Shown piece after piece: positions 10,242 to 20,914 of a stretch of DNA of 64,000 bases. The translations under genes and the position numbers were made by a program. This DNA comes from Bdellovibrio sp. (GTDB taxonomy: Bacteria; Bdellovibrionota; Bdellovibrionia; Bdellovibrionales; Bdellovibrionaceae): NCBI GenBank assembly GCA_036677065.1, contig JAKFBS010000002.1, positions 608,001-672,000 of the forward strand, in the 5' to 3' direction. The notes under the pieces were generated by a model, which saw only the letters and a list, made by a program, of their open reading frames with translations, had not been told where the DNA came from and did no database searches. Numbering within the stretch: the first letter of the stretch is position 1; each line of letters starts with the position of its first letter.

Positions 10242-11360
10242 ATGGAGAATTCACCTAACACAGAACAAACGAAGTTTGAGGCCGTTTTTTACGGTACCGA
10301 AGCTCCATTAGTTATCTTCAATGGCCCTGAGATGGCCTATGAAATGCTGAACGATACTTATCAATCGATTTATCCAGGCCGAAAGCTTTTAGGCAAACCA
10401 CTTCTTGAAGCCGTTCCTGAACTTGCACACTCACCTTTTCCGGGCATCTTAAAAAAAGTTTATGAAACCGGAGAAAATTTCATTTCGCATGAAGGTGTTG
10501 TTTATCTCAAAAATGAAATGACCGGCACAACAGAAGAGCGCTACTTTGATACCACATTTTCGCGTATTGATTATGGCGACGGGCAATTTCGCATCCTTGC
10601 AACACCCAAAGAAGTCACAGAAAAAGTTTTTGCCCGCAAAAAACTTGAACAAAGTTTACTTGAATTAGAAATCGAAAAAGAATTACGTGAAAAATTTGTT
10701 TCAGCACTGACACACGACTTGCGAACACCGCTTGCGGTGATAAAATTGAGTGCGCAAGTTTTAAAAATGAAAAATGCTGATGCGCAAGCCATCGATAAGA
10801 GCGTTCATCGCATATTGAGCAACACTGACCGGGCAGATCGCATGATTCATAATCTACTTGATGCCAATCGCTTAAAAGCCAATGAAGGCTTATCAGTCGT
10901 TACCCATGAATGCCAGCTTGAAGAAGTCATCGAGTACGCTATCAATGACCTTGAAGATCTTTATGGCAAAAGATTTGTGATAGATAATTCGATCGGTAAA
11001 ATCAAAGTCTACTGGGATAACATGGCTGTGCATCGCCTGATTGAAAACCTGGCCAGCAATGCCATTAAATACGGCTCAGAAGATACTCCCGTCACCATCA
11101 GAATCAAACGCGACGGCGATTGGCTGGAAGTCAGAGTCCACAATTTGGGAAATCCAATTTCTACTGAAGACCAAAAACTACTTTTTCACACCTACCAAAG
11201 AACCGAATGCGCCAAGGCCAGTAAACAAAAAGGCTGGGGCATCGGACTGTCGATTGTTCAGGGATTAGCGCAGGCCCATAACGGCTCGATTTCACTTGAA
11301 AGCTGTGCCGATCACGGGACTTCGTTCATCGTTCGTCTTCCGATAGATGCGCGAAAATAA
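10242..11360 (+). CDS. PAS-domain sensor histidine kinase
   Basis: PAS-like N-terminus, THDLRTPL H-box, NLASNAIKYG, GWGIGL. Confidence 0.92.
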   Translation: MENSPNTEQTKFEAVFYGTEAPLVIFNGPEMAYEMLNDTYQSIYPGRKLLGKPLLEAVPELAHSPFPGILKKVYETGENFISHEGVVYLKNEMTGTTEERYFDTTFSRIDYGDGQFRILATPKEVTEKVFARKKLEQSLLELEIEKELREKFVSALTHDLRTPLAVIKLSAQVLKMKNADAQAIDKSVHRILSNTDRADRMIHNLLDANRLKANEGLSVVTHECQLEEVIEYAINDLEDLYGKRFVIDNSIGKIKVYWDNMAVHRLIENLASNAIKYGSEDTPVTIRIKRDGDWLEVRVHNLGNPISTEDQKLLFHTYQRTECAKASKQKGWGIGLSIVQGLAQAHNGSISLESCADHGTSFIVRLPIDARK

Positions 11361-11372
11361 TTTATTTTAAAA

Positions 11373-12524
11373 TTAAGTGAGCCCTAAATAGCCCATGACT
11401 GCTGCGGCAAGAATTAACCAAGCTGAATTTAATTTAAACCGCATAAGCAAAACTAAGCTTAGAGCAAGCATAAGACCAAAATAGATTGAAATATCACTTG
11501 ATCGAAATAATAAGATCGAAGTCCCCAGCATTAGGCTTAAAGAAGAAATATTCAATCCATCAAGAGCATGCGAAATTTTTTTTGATTTTCTAAGTCTTGG
11601 TAAAAATGGTGCACTTAAGGCCACGAATACGAAGGCTGGCAAAAATATACCTAAAGTAGCCATGACTGCACCTAGATTTCCGGCAATGACATAACCAATA
11701 AAGGTAGCGGTCGTGAATACCGGACCAGGAGTGAACTGGCCAACTGCGATGGCATCCACAAGTTGCTGCTGATTAATCCATTGATACTTTATAACTAAAT
11801 CACTTTGAAGAAAGGCAACCAGCACGTATCCACTGCCGAATAAAACCGAACCAATTTTAGCAAAATAAAAAAAGAGTTGGTTTATGGATGCATTATTTAG
11901 TGACGCCACGAAGCTAGCGGCTTTTGCACCTGATTGATGTAAAAAAGGTGCCAACATCAAAATACCGAGACCAGAAAAACTGTTTCGTTCTCGCCATATT
12001 AAATTCAATACAGCCGCAGAAAATAAAATAACTAACTCATTTACGCCAAACACATAAGCTACTAACGAACCACCAGCCAAAACAAAATGGCCCATATTTT
12101 TAATGGCTGATTTTGAAAGGTTATACACCGCATGAAATATGATCGCGATGATCACGGGAACAGTAGCTGCAAAGATCGCTTTAAAGGCTGGTAAAGAGCC
12201 AAACTTCATATAAAACCAGGCTATCGCCCATACAATTAAAAAGGCCGGTAAAATAAAACACACACCCGCTGCGATAAGACCACGCCACCCGGCTTTTTTG
12301 TACCCGATATGAATAGCTAATTCTGTCGAATTTGGACCAGGAATAAGATTTGTTGCTCCCAGTAAATCCAAAAATTCTTCTTTAGAAAGCCATTTTTTCT
12401 TTTGCACCAGATCGCTTTCCATCATCGCAATATGAGCGGCCGGGCCACCAAATGCCGTGGTTCCAAGCTTTAAAAAACTGAGCGCTATTTCTTTAATTGA
12501 AACTTGTTTGTCGTTAGCATTCAT
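11373..12524 (-). CDS. chrA: Chromate efflux transporter
   Basis: FLKLGTTAFGGPAAHI, PGPNSTELAIH, GSVLFGSGYVL, GQFTPGPVFTTATF. Confidence 0.92.
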   Translation of the reverse strand: MNANDKQVSIKEIALSFLKLGTTAFGGPAAHIAMMESDLVQKKKWLSKEEFLDLLGATNLIPGPNSTELAIHIGYKKAGWRGLIAAGVCFILPAFLIVWAIAWFYMKFGSLPAFKAIFAATVPVIIAIIFHAVYNLSKSAIKNMGHFVLAGGSLVAYVFGVNELVILFSAAVLNLIWRERNSFSGLGILMLAPFLHQSGAKAASFVASLNNASINQLFFYFAKIGSVLFGSGYVLVAFLQSDLVIKYQWINQQQLVDAIAVGQFTPGPVFTTATFIGYVIAGNLGAVMATLGIFLPAFVFVALSAPFLPRLRKSKKISHALDGLNISSLSLMLGTSILLFRSSDISIYFGLMLALSLVLLMRFKLNSAWLILAAAVMGYLGLT

Positions 12525-13017
12525 AAAGTAATTTAGTCTTCTGTACGTTAATTGATTTATTTTCCGGTATTTCAGCAAAAAACTCCAGCTGCCAAGTTTG
12601 TGTCTTGCAGGCCTGCTTACTTTCGGTTTTATCCCACGGCGGATACACTCTTAAGGCGCGCTTACCGCCTTTTCCATTAACTGCAATCACGCCCTGCTTA
12701 ATTAAAGCAGCTTTTGAAAAAACAAACTGTCCGAAATGATTTTTTGCCGCAACAGTCACGATCAATAAATCAACATCATCAGAACTATCATAGGGCTGAA
12801 TTACTTTTGTCGGCGGTCGCTTCCAAAAAGTAACAAATTGTCCAACTTTAGTTGGAGTAATCTTGGCATGCCGGTAATACACAGATTTATTATTAAGCTT
12901 AAAGGTGTGCGCATGATATTCTGCACTTTCATCTTCTTTTTGCAGCTGAGAAACTTTGAGCTTACAAACTTCAAAGACTTGTTCACGCAAAATAGTAAAA
13001 GTAGCCGAAAAATCCAT
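12514..13017 (-). CDS. MepB family protein
   Basis: ESAEY, AKITPTKVGQFVTFWKR, GGKRALRVYPPWD, TQTWQ. Confidence 0.88.
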   Translation of the reverse strand: MDFSATFTILREQVFEVCKLKVSQLQKEDESAEYHAHTFKLNNKSVYYRHAKITPTKVGQFVTFWKRPPTKVIQPYDSSDDVDLLIVTVAAKNHFGQFVFSKAALIKQGVIAVNGKGGKRALRVYPPWDKTESKQACKTQTWQLEFFAEIPENKSINVQKTKLLYEC

Positions 13018-13190
13018 ATTAAACCTTAGGAGGAAGTTAAAATATTAAACTCGAACAAAAACCATAAGCCAATGCAATTCTAGCGAATGCTCCAAATTCT
13101 ACGAGCAAAAGCACAGGCCGATGCGTTGACAATACCTTCTATATTTCGCTACATGTGCCTAAACAAATCAAACACTAAAAAGGAGTTCCT

Positions 13191-13466
13191 ATGAAAGCAG
13201 TTATTCTTTCTATCGCCGTTCTTGTTTCATCTTCAGCAATGGCATTTGTAGATGTTCCGTCTTTTCCAACTGAAAGCGGCTGGGCAAAAGCGATGACACA
13301 AAAAGCATGTGACATGAAATTTTCTAATTCAGCTGTGGGCACAATTCAAAAACACGCAAATGGTTCTGTAACTTACACTGTTTACAATAAACATGGCCAA
13401 GTTATCGCAGCTGCGGCAGCATCTTCTGAATTTATCGGTGCTAAAAAAGTTTGCTTAACTAAATAA
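13191..13466 (+). CDS. Small secreted hypothetical protein
   Basis: AGGAG RBS, signal peptide ending AMA. Confidence 0.75.
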   Translation: MKAVILSIAVLVSSSAMAFVDVPSFPTESGWAKAMTQKACDMKFSNSAVGTIQKHANGSVTYTVYNKHGQVIAAAAASSEFIGAKKVCLTK

Positions 13467-13502
13467 TCTATCGAAATAGGTTGGCGCTAAAATCGGCCCA
13501 GC

Positions 13503-14897
13503 CTATTTCATATAAGAAGCTTTAAATTTACGACCCTTGATTTTATTCGCCGTTAGTTTTTGCAAAGCCTTACCGGCGACCGAAAAAGAAACCGCAACAT
13601 AAGTAAATGTATCATGAAGTTCGATTTTTCCGATATCAGCTGCTGCGATGGCCTCCGGCTGCGAAGTCAATGTGCCGATAACATCTCCCGGCCGAAGTTT
13701 ATCTTTACGGCCACCAGAAATATATATCATTTTCATTTTGGGCTGCTGTAGAGTTTTTGCGATAACGGCTTTGCCTTTTAAATTCAGCTCAAAACGATTA
13801 AATGGTTTTCCCATCACACGTTCTAGCTCTTCAACTTTCGAAGCCTCGTAAGCATCTGCAATTGAAACCGCGACACCTTTTTTACCGGCGCGGCCCGTGC
13901 GGCCAATGCGATGAAGATAAATATCGGTCGTCGATGGTAAATCAAAATTGATAACTAATTCTAAATGATCAATATCAATACCGCGGGCTGCCACATCTGT
14001 TGCAACCAATACACGCAAGCTGCCGCTGCGAAAACGAGCCATCGTCTGGTCACGTTGCACTTGCTCAAGATCGCCATGCAATGCACTTGTCGCCACATCA
14101 GCTTCACGTAAGAGTTCGTTGATTTCAGCAACAGCAGCTTTCGTGCGGCAAAAAATCAAAACACTGTTTGCTGGGTGCTGCTGAAGAATTCGCATAAGAG
14201 TATCAATTTTTTCAGACTTTTCAGCGGTATAAAGAAATTGCTCGATCAGTGGTGCAGATTTTACTTCTTGCAAGACACTGACGATCTTAGGATTTTTTTG
14301 ATATTTCTGACTAAGCTGTTCAATGCTTTCAGGAAAGGTTGCAGAAAAAAAGACGGTCTGTCTTTTTGAAGGCAAAAGTTCAATAATTTGCGTGACCTCT
14401 TCAGTAAAACCTTCATCTAACATTCGATCGGCTTCATCTAAAACCAACGTTTTTAAATCCGTCTGATCAAAAAGTCTATTTTTAAGAAACTCTAAAGTAC
14501 GCCCTGGAGTACCGACAATAATTTGCGCACCCATTTCTAAAGATTTAATTTGTGCTGCCGATGATTGGCCGCCAACTAAAGCCATCACTTGAATATTTTT
14601 AAGCCCTTTAGAAAATTTGCGAATCTCTTGCAGAATTTGTTCACACAATTCTCGCGTTGGCGCCAAAATTAAGGCCTGTGGAGTTTTATCTTCTTTACGT
14701 ATTTTTTGTAAAATCGGAAGTGCAAAGGCTGCGGTCTTGCCGCTTCCTGTTTGCGATCTTCCAACCAGATCATGGCCCTCTAGTAAAAGAGGAATGCTTG
14801 CGGCTTGAATAGGAGTCATTTGCACATAACCCAAATTTTGGACCGAGGCTAAAATTTCTGGGGATAATTTTAAAAGTTTAAAGCTGTTCGATTCCAT
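13503..14897 (-). CDS. dbpA: DEAD-box RNA helicase DbpA
   Basis: Q motif, TGSGKT, PTREL, DEAD, SAT, HRIGRTGR, C-terminal GGRKDKLRPGD DbpA RNA-binding domain; ORF track start 14933. Confidence 0.92.
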   Translation of the reverse strand: MESNSFKLLKLSPEILASVQNLGYVQMTPIQAASIPLLLEGHDLVGRSQTGSGKTAAFALPILQKIRKEDKTPQALILAPTRELCEQILQEIRKFSKGLKNIQVMALVGGQSSAAQIKSLEMGAQIIVGTPGRTLEFLKNRLFDQTDLKTLVLDEADRMLDEGFTEEVTQIIELLPSKRQTVFFSATFPESIEQLSQKYQKNPKIVSVLQEVKSAPLIEQFLYTAEKSEKIDTLMRILQQHPANSVLIFCRTKAAVAEINELLREADVATSALHGDLEQVQRDQTMARFRSGSLRVLVATDVAARGIDIDHLELVINFDLPSTTDIYLHRIGRTGRAGKKGVAVSIADAYEASKVEELERVMGKPFNRFELNLKGKAVIAKTLQQPKMKMIYISGGRKDKLRPGDVIGTLTSQPEAIAAADIGKIELHDTFTYVAVSFSVAGKALQKLTANKIKGRKFKASYMK

Positions 14898-14929
14898 TTC
14901 ATTAATGTAGTTCAAAGTATCCAGGATAG

Positions 14930-15457
14930 TCAAAGACGATAGACTTTTTCAAGGCTTAATGCCGCTGTGGCAGCATTGGCTGATGTCAGAAAGGGCGCTG
15001 TGACTAGGCCATGAATAAAAGCGTGAATAATAATGATGTCGCCTTCAAGTAAGCTTGGAAATATTTGTTTAAGCATGGCTTGAAACTTCTTTTCAACTTG
15101 TATCAGCTCTAATTTTATCCACGAATCTTGCGTGCGCCATTTTTGATAAAACAAAACAATTTCAAAGTTTTTTATTAAAAAATTACGCGTAAATTCAATT
15201 CGCTTATGAAATGGCATTGGCGCCTGTTCATCTCTGAATCCATAAAATTCAAAAGTAAAAATCTGCAATGAGTTTTTTAGTATTTCTTCTTTCGTGCTTC
15301 CCAAGTAACGATAAATCAATGAACGACTTACTTTTGATTTTGCTTCTAGCTCTGTCACCTTCCATTTCAAGTGCCCCTTGCTAGATTCAAGCTTTAAAAC
15401 ACAGACAGATAACTTTAGAAGAGTGGCTTCTTTTTTGGGTAATACTGTTGCTTCCAT
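14930..15457 (-). CDS. TetR-like HTH protein
   Basis: WKVTELEAKSKVSRSLIYRYLGSTKEEIL resembles the TetR HTH. Confidence 0.6.
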   Translation of the reverse strand: MEATVLPKKEATLLKLSVCVLKLESSKGHLKWKVTELEAKSKVSRSLIYRYLGSTKEEILKNSLQIFTFEFYGFRDEQAPMPFHKRIEFTRNFLIKNFEIVLFYQKWRTQDSWIKLELIQVEKKFQAMLKQIFPSLLEGDIIIIHAFIHGLVTAPFLTSANAATAALSLEKVYRL

Positions 15458-15576
15458 AATAAGATGATATGAAGCTCTGAGCCAAAAGAACAGGTCAAAA
15501 ATCGCGAAAAGTGTAGACTCAATATTGTCGTAAAAAAAACGTGAAGTGCTAACGTCTTAAAAAAACGGGAGTTACT

Positions 15577-16056
15577 ATGAAAAACATTTTATTAAGTTCA
15601 GTTGTTCTAACATTTCTCAGCATCAACGCCGCTGCCGCAGTGAGTGACAATCTGACCTCTTTTGTAAGCTATTCAGGCAATTACACAGTGTTTATTGAAG
15701 CTGGCTCATATTGCTCGCACGCTTATCAGTCTTTACAATTAGAAGTTAAGCCTCAACAGCAAACTGTTACCGAAACTTTCATAGGCGATGGCGCTATGCA
15801 CGGCCAACCGACAGCTGGCGTACAAGATCTTTCAGTCAGTGTAAATGACACCTACGAACTGCCAAGCTCTACCGGTCGCAGGCTTCAACGTGTAGTTGTA
15901 AAAAAACATGCGATTATCGTACAAGAATCTACATTTGCCCCGTTTTATGGTTTATTTGGAAAATGGAAAGACAACGAAGCTTTATTAACATTTCATAAAG
16001 ATGGAGCTATCTCTGTTTATCGTGGCGGATATAACTGTAAATTTATCAAAGAATAA
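15577..16056 (+). CDS. Secreted hypothetical protein
   Basis: GGAG RBS, signal peptide. Confidence 0.72.
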   Translation: MKNILLSSVVLTFLSINAAAAVSDNLTSFVSYSGNYTVFIEAGSYCSHAYQSLQLEVKPQQQTVTETFIGDGAMHGQPTAGVQDLSVSVNDTYELPSSTGRRLQRVVVKKHAIIVQESTFAPFYGLFGKWKDNEALLTFHKDGAISVYRGGYNCKFIKE

Positions 16057-16168
16057 TTTGTTTTTACCCTGAAGCTGCGGGTTTTTGGGACAAAATTCCT
16101 GTTAAGATGAAATATAATTTCGAAATTTGCTTGCCCTGATAATTGCAGATAAAAAGGCATTATCAATT

Positions 16169-16675
16169 ATGACAGAAATAAAAATTCGACAACTTACAGA
16201 AAATGATTGGCCCATGTACCGCGAAATTCGCTCGGAAGCTCTTGCACAGGAGCCCGAGTTTTTTACGTCTTGCGAAGATGAATCAAACTTTATTTCAGAA
16301 AACTGGATTGAACATATAACCAATAAAAATGGCGCCATATTTGGGTTATTTCACAAAGGCCAGATTATTGGGGTGACTAGTATTCATCGCGAAAACGATG
16401 ACCCAAAAAGCTATCGCGCCTGGATGGGCTCAAGCTACATCAAACCCGAATTTCGTGGAAATCATCTATCCGATTTACTTTTTGAGACCCGAATCGAATG
16501 GGCAAAAAATCAAGGTAATATCATTGCTTTAGTCGTAGCTCATCGTGACAACAATCTGGTTTCTAAAAAAGCCATTCAACATAATGGATTTAAGTTTATT
16601 GGTTCACGCACAAAAACTTACTTAGATGGCAAGCCCGCAGCATCTTTAGTTTACGAACGAGATTTAACTAAGTAA
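16169..16675 (+). CDS. GNAT family N-acetyltransferase
   Basis: IRQLTENDW..IRSEAL..PEFF, YIKPEFRGNHLS, N..S....HNGF. Confidence 0.85.
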   Translation: MTEIKIRQLTENDWPMYREIRSEALAQEPEFFTSCEDESNFISENWIEHITNKNGAIFGLFHKGQIIGVTSIHRENDDPKSYRAWMGSSYIKPEFRGNHLSDLLFETRIEWAKNQGNIIALVVAHRDNNLVSKKAIQHNGFKFIGSRTKTYLDGKPAASLVYERDLTK

Positions 16676-16681
16676 GAGTTC

Positions 16682-19009
16682 TCATAACCCCGTCTTTTTC
16701 AATCTCAATGCATTTGCAATAACCGACACAGAACTTAAACTCATGGCCGCTGCAGCGATCATCGGACTTAAAAGAACTCCGAAGAATGGATAAAGAACAC
16801 CTGCAGCCACAGGAATACCTAAAGCATTATAAAAAAATGCAAAAAACAAATTTTGTCTGATATTTCTGATAGTTCCTTCACTTAAGGCCCGCGCCCGCAC
16901 GATTCCAACAAGATCGCCCTTAATCAAAGTAATTCCGGCGCTTTGTATGGCTACATCCGTACCTGTACCCATAGCAATTCCCACTTGGGCTTGCGCTAAT
17001 GCAGGAGCATCGTTAATTCCATCGCCCGCCATGCCTACAAATCTTCCTTCAGCCTGCAATTTCTTAACAATGTCGGCTTTGCCTTGCGGCAGAATGTCTG
17101 CAAAATAACCATTAAGACCGACTTTGTCTGCCACTACCTTAGCCGTCTTTTCGTTATCACCGGTAATCATTACAACTTTAATTCCAGCTTTACGTAATTG
17201 CTGAATAGCTGCGATCGTCGTTTCCTTGATTGGGTCTATGACTCCTAATAGTCCTGCCATCTTTCCATCGATCGCGACATACATAACTGTTTGCCCATCG
17301 CTGCGCAGTGAATTTGCTTCTGCTTCACTGTTGTCTAATGAAATTCCCAAATCAGTGATAAGTGCTTTATTACCAATTGCGGTTTTTTTACCTGAGATTA
17401 CAGCAGTTGCGCCTTTACCCGTAATCGATTTAAAATCTTCAACAGGCAATAGAGAAATTTGTTTTTCTTTGGCTCCATTAACTATCGCTGCTGCCAGCGG
17501 ATGTTCACTGGCGCGTTCAAGACTTGCTGATAGCGACAGAAGTTCTGTCTCAGTTAAAGAAAATGATTTTACAGTTACAAGTTTTGGTTTTCCTAAAGTC
17601 AAAGTTCCTGTTTTATCAATTACCAGAGTATCCACTTTTCTCATCAATTCGATAGCTTCAGCGTTTCTAAATAAAACGCCCATCGTGGCGCCTCGGCCCG
17701 TCGCAACCATAATCGACATAGGTGTCGCTAATCCTAGAGCACAAGGGCACGCAATAATTAAAACGGCTACGGCATTAATAATCGCATGTGCGATCTTTGG
17801 TTCTGGCCCCCAAAAAGACCATACAACAAATGTAATCACGGCAGAAAGAATAACTGCCGGCACAAAATAAGCTGAGACCTGATCCACTAATTTTTGAATT
17901 GGTGCTCTTGACCTCTGCGCCTCTGCGACCATGTGAACGATTTGCGATAGTAAAGTATCTTTACCAACTTTTTCTGCGCCGATAACTATTGATCCAGTAC
18001 CATTGATAGTTGCACCTATAACTTTGGTGTTGATCGTTTTTGCAACCGGAAAAGATTCTCCGGTAACCATTGATTCATCAATCGAAGTCTCTCCAAGAAT
18101 TACGATGCCATCAACTGGAACTTTTTCTCCTGGCCTTACTCTTAGTTTATCTCCCACTTGAATCGATTCAAGCGGCACATCTTTTTCTGAACCATCAGCA
18201 AATATTTTTCGAGCCTCTTTGGGTGCCAGCTGAAGAAGAGATTTTATGGCGGCACTGGTTTGTCCACGAGCTTTTAGTTCCAAGACCTGGCCTAAAAGAA
18301 CCAGAGCCACAATCACTGCGGCGGCCTCAAAATACAAACCTACTTCACCCGACATCGGATCCAAAAAAGAATCCGGAAAAATATTCGGAAATAAAACCGC
18401 CACAAAACTATAAAGATATGCCACGCCAACTCCGAGGCCAATCAAAGTAAACATATTTAGGGATTTATTTTTTAGTGACTGCCAAAATTTTTCAAAAAAA
18501 GGCCAGCCACACCAAAGTACGACCGGAGTCGCAAGTGCTAATTCAATATATTTAAACAAACCGTGGGCGTTGGAAAAAAGATGTTTCCCGCCCATAGCCA
18601 AAAACAAAAGTGGAAGGCTGAGTGCAGTGCTTATCCAAAACCGCTTGTTCATCATAAGGTATTCAGAATTATCGTCTTCTTGATTTGCCGATAATACTGC
18701 AGGCTCTAATGCCATTCCGCAAATGGGGCAACTGCCGGGTCCTTTTTGTCGAACCTCCGGATGCATAGGACAGGTATATTCAACATCGCTTTGAACTGGT
18801 TTTTGCTGTTGTACTGGCGATAAATATCTCTGCGGTTCCTGTTCAAACTTACTTTTACATTTAATGCTGCAAAAGTGATAGTCATGGCCTTGAAAAACAA
18901 CGTGACCGCCTTTTGCATTTTGCGGATTAACTTTCATACCGCAAACTGGATCAAGAACAGTTCCAGACTGAGTGTAATTTGAGTGTTGGTGAGGCGCATG
19001 TTCGTTCAT
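16682..19009 (-). CDS. copA: Cu(I)/Ag(I)-translocating P1B-type ATPase with YHS and CPMH metal-binding domains
   Basis: [51 protein letters not shown]. Confidence 0.93.
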   Translation of the reverse strand: MNEHAPHQHSNYTQSGTVLDPVCGMKVNPQNAKGGHVVFQGHDYHFCSIKCKSKFEQEPQRYLSPVQQQKPVQSDVEYTCPMHPEVRQKGPGSCPICGMALEPAVLSANQEDDNSEYLMMNKRFWISTALSLPLLFLAMGGKHLFSNAHGLFKYIELALATPVVLWCGWPFFEKFWQSLKNKSLNMFTLIGLGVGVAYLYSFVAVLFPNIFPDSFLDPMSGEVGLYFEAAAVIVALVLLGQVLELKARGQTSAAIKSLLQLAPKEARKIFADGSEKDVPLESIQVGDKLRVRPGEKVPVDGIVILGETSIDESMVTGESFPVAKTINTKVIGATINGTGSIVIGAEKVGKDTLLSQIVHMVAEAQRSRAPIQKLVDQVSAYFVPAVILSAVITFVVWSFWGPEPKIAHAIINAVAVLIIACPCALGLATPMSIMVATGRGATMGVLFRNAEAIELMRKVDTLVIDKTGTLTLGKPKLVTVKSFSLTETELLSLSASLERASEHPLAAAIVNGAKEKQISLLPVEDFKSITGKGATAVISGKKTAIGNKALITDLGISLDNSEAEANSLRSDGQTVMYVAIDGKMAGLLGVIDPIKETTIAAIQQLRKAGIKVVMITGDNEKTAKVVADKVGLNGYFADILPQGKADIVKKLQAEGRFVGMAGDGINDAPALAQAQVGIAMGTGTDVAIQSAGITLIKGDLVGIVRARALSEGTIRNIRQNLFFAFFYNALGIPVAAGVLYPFFGVLLSPMIAAAAMSLSSVSVIANALRLKKTGL

Positions 19010-19037
19010 ATTTTTCCTTTAAGATGATATTAACGGT

Positions 19038-19059
19038 AGCAAGTGGCATACCGCATGCA
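19038..19059. promoter_or_regulatory. Overlapping divergent sigma54-like -24/-12 elements
   Basis: + TGGCATACCGCATGCA (19044-19059); - CGGTATGCCACTTGCT (19053-19038). Confidence 0.5.
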
Positions 19060-19111
19060 AGTAGAGCTATAAACGAACTCATGAATTGTTAAACATAATC
19101 TCATGAAAAAC

Positions 19112-19151
19112 TTGTGACGATTTGTCATTTTTAACTGACAAATCGTCACAA
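19112..19151. promoter_or_regulatory. Perfect 16-bp inverted repeat, probable regulator binding site
   Basis: TTGTGACGATTTGTCA-N8-TGACAAATCGTCACAA between copA and the Met-rich gene. Confidence 0.65.
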
Positions 19152-19171
19152 AAAAACATAAAGGAAAAACC

Positions 19172-19450
19172 ATGAATCTGACAATAAAATCAATGTTAGC
19201 TGCTTTTGTATTAACTGGATTTATTGCTGTTGCAAATGCCGAAGAAGTAAAACCCGAAGTAAAAAAAGACGACAAGTCTGAAATGGGTATGATGCACAAA
19301 ATGGATATGAAACAGATGCACAGCATGATGGACGAATGCATGAATACGCACAAAGATAAAAAAATGTGTAAGCACGACATGATGGAAAAATGCGAAAAGC
19401 AAATGACTAAAGACGAATGCGCTAAAATGATGAAAAAAGTTAAAAAATAA
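19172..19450 (+). CDS. Secreted Met/Cys/His-rich small protein, probable periplasmic Cu/Ag binder
   Basis: Signal peptide ending ANA; last 55 aa contain 15 Met, 4 Cys, 4 His; divergent from copA. Confidence 0.75.
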   Translation: MNLTIKSMLAAFVLTGFIAVANAEEVKPEVKKDDKSEMGMMHKMDMKQMHSMMDECMNTHKDKKMCKHDMMEKCEKQMTKDECAKMMKKVKK

Positions 19451-19465
19451 GATTACAAAATTTAA

Positions 19466-19966
19466 CTAAGTAAGCGTTTTTAAAATTTTATCGATTTCAG
19501 GGCCTACTCGTTCACAAAGACGCGTAAGCTCTTTAGCCAATAGAGTTTCAAATTTTTCATCTGTAGCATCTAAGTACTTTGTAAAGGGCTGTTGACCGTA
19601 TTTACCCGTTCTGAACTCATAGCCTTCCCATGATGATACTTCATCATAGATTTGATCTACTAAGGGCTTGGCGAATTCTTTACGTGAAATTTCCGTTCCA
19701 GGAATTTCATCAGCGTGAAGTGCATGCAACGTCACGTAGGTCTTTTTTTGTTTTTTAGGGTTTAAATCAAAATAAGATTCAAAGTGAATCCCCTGACGTT
19801 CGTCATTAAACCAATTCTTTTTAAAAACCTGTAAAGTTATACCATCTGGATTTTTTGCTGGAAATGGATGAACTGACACAATCCAACGGTCTTTTTTAAA
19901 CCAAGGCTTGGCTTGAAGTAATTTTTCAACTTTTTTAAAACGCGAGATCAAACCATCTATTTCCAT
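19466..19966 (-). CDS. Hypothetical protein
   Basis: 166-aa ORF filling the gap between neighbours. Confidence 0.7.
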   Translation of the reverse strand: MEIDGLISRFKKVEKLLQAKPWFKKDRWIVSVHPFPAKNPDGITLQVFKKNWFNDERQGIHFESYFDLNPKKQKKTYVTLHALHADEIPGTEISRKEFAKPLVDQIYDEVSSWEGYEFRTGKYGQQPFTKYLDATDEKFETLLAKELTRLCERVGPEIDKILKTLT

Positions 19967-20009
19967 GAGCCTGATATATAACTATCTTTGATTTTTTAAA
20001 AGCAAAATG

Positions 20010-20039
20010 AAACGCACTGACTTTAAAACCAGTGCGTTT
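20010..20039. terminator. Rho-independent terminator-like hairpin downstream of SDR
   Basis: AAACGCACTG-N10-CAGTGCGTTT. Confidence 0.6.
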
Positions 20040-20057
20040 TTAAGATAAGATTAATCT

Positions 20058-20795
20058 TTAGATTTGTCCAAGACCACCATCTGCCATAAGCTCTGCCCCG
20101 ACAACGTAACTTGAATCGTCACTTGCCAAGAAAAGCGCAGCTTTTGCCATTTCGTCTGGCTGCCCTAGTCTCTTAATTGGAGCTGATTCTCCGAATTGGT
20201 GAGCGGCTGCTAGCGGAAGCCCCATTTTATCAAATATGGGCGTCTCAATCGGTCCTGGTGAAAGTACGTTGAAACGTACATCTGAAACCGGAAATTCTGC
20301 ACTCCAACTACGTGCAAAGTTTCTTACTGCTGCTTTTGTCGCAGAATAAACACTCGAGCCAACAAAACCTTTACTCGCTACTATTGAGGCCGTCAAAACA
20401 ACGGCACTTCCCTTATTTAAATGGGGGATGGCTTTAGCGACTGTGAAGTAGAGACCTTTGACGTTTGTATTAAATTGATTATCAAAATATTCAGGAGTCA
20501 CTTCAACAGTAGGAGCAAATCCAGCAATCCCTGCGTTTGCAAAAAGAATATCGAATTTACCGTATTTCGTTTTAATATGAGCATAAAGACGATCAATCTC
20601 ACTAAGTTGACTCACATCGGCCTGAACAACATCAAACATTGCTCCATACTCAAGTTTCGCTTTTTCGAAAGTTTCAGCTGAGCGCGCTGTAATGATAACT
20701 TTTGCCCCCTGCTCTTTAAATAGTTTAGCCGTCGCTAAGCCAATGCCCGAGTTTCCACCTGTAATAAGAGCCACTTTGTTTGTTAATTTAGCCAT
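20058..20795 (-). CDS. Short-chain dehydrogenase/reductase
   Basis: TGGNSGIG, ANAG, YSATK. Confidence 0.93.
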   Translation of the reverse strand: MAKLTNKVALITGGNSGIGLATAKLFKEQGAKVIITARSAETFEKAKLEYGAMFDVVQADVSQLSEIDRLYAHIKTKYGKFDILFANAGIAGFAPTVEVTPEYFDNQFNTNVKGLYFTVAKAIPHLNKGSAVVLTASIVASKGFVGSSVYSATKAAVRNFARSWSAEFPVSDVRFNVLSPGPIETPIFDKMGLPLAAAHQFGESAPIKRLGQPDEMAKAALFLASDDSSYVVGAELMADGGLGQI

Positions 20796-20822
20796 GTTTT
20801 ATCCTTTTTTTTGAGGGTTCTT

Positions 20823-20897
20823 TATTTTGAACCGATTGGTTCAAAATATACATCCCGTTAAAATAATTGCAATAAAATATTGAACCGAACGGTTTTT
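20823..20897. promoter_or_regulatory. Two TetR-type operator palindromes
   Basis: TATTTTGAACC-GATT-GGTTCAAAATA (20823-20848) and related TTGAACCGAACGGTT (from 20880) between divergent SDR and TetR. Confidence 0.75.
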
Positions 20898-20914
20898 TAT
20901 GATAAATTCATAAC

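Noticed and set aside
15371..15383. GTGCCCCTTGCTA match to the 115-bp repeat inside the TetR-like gene
   Set aside because: Only 13 bp with no flanking similarity; treated as chance.
17226..18450. Long antisense ORFs over copA, and similar shadow ORFs such as 19030-19380, 41422-41811 and 62583-62936
   Set aside because: Overlap well-supported genes on the opposite strand and show no motifs; codon-bias artefacts.
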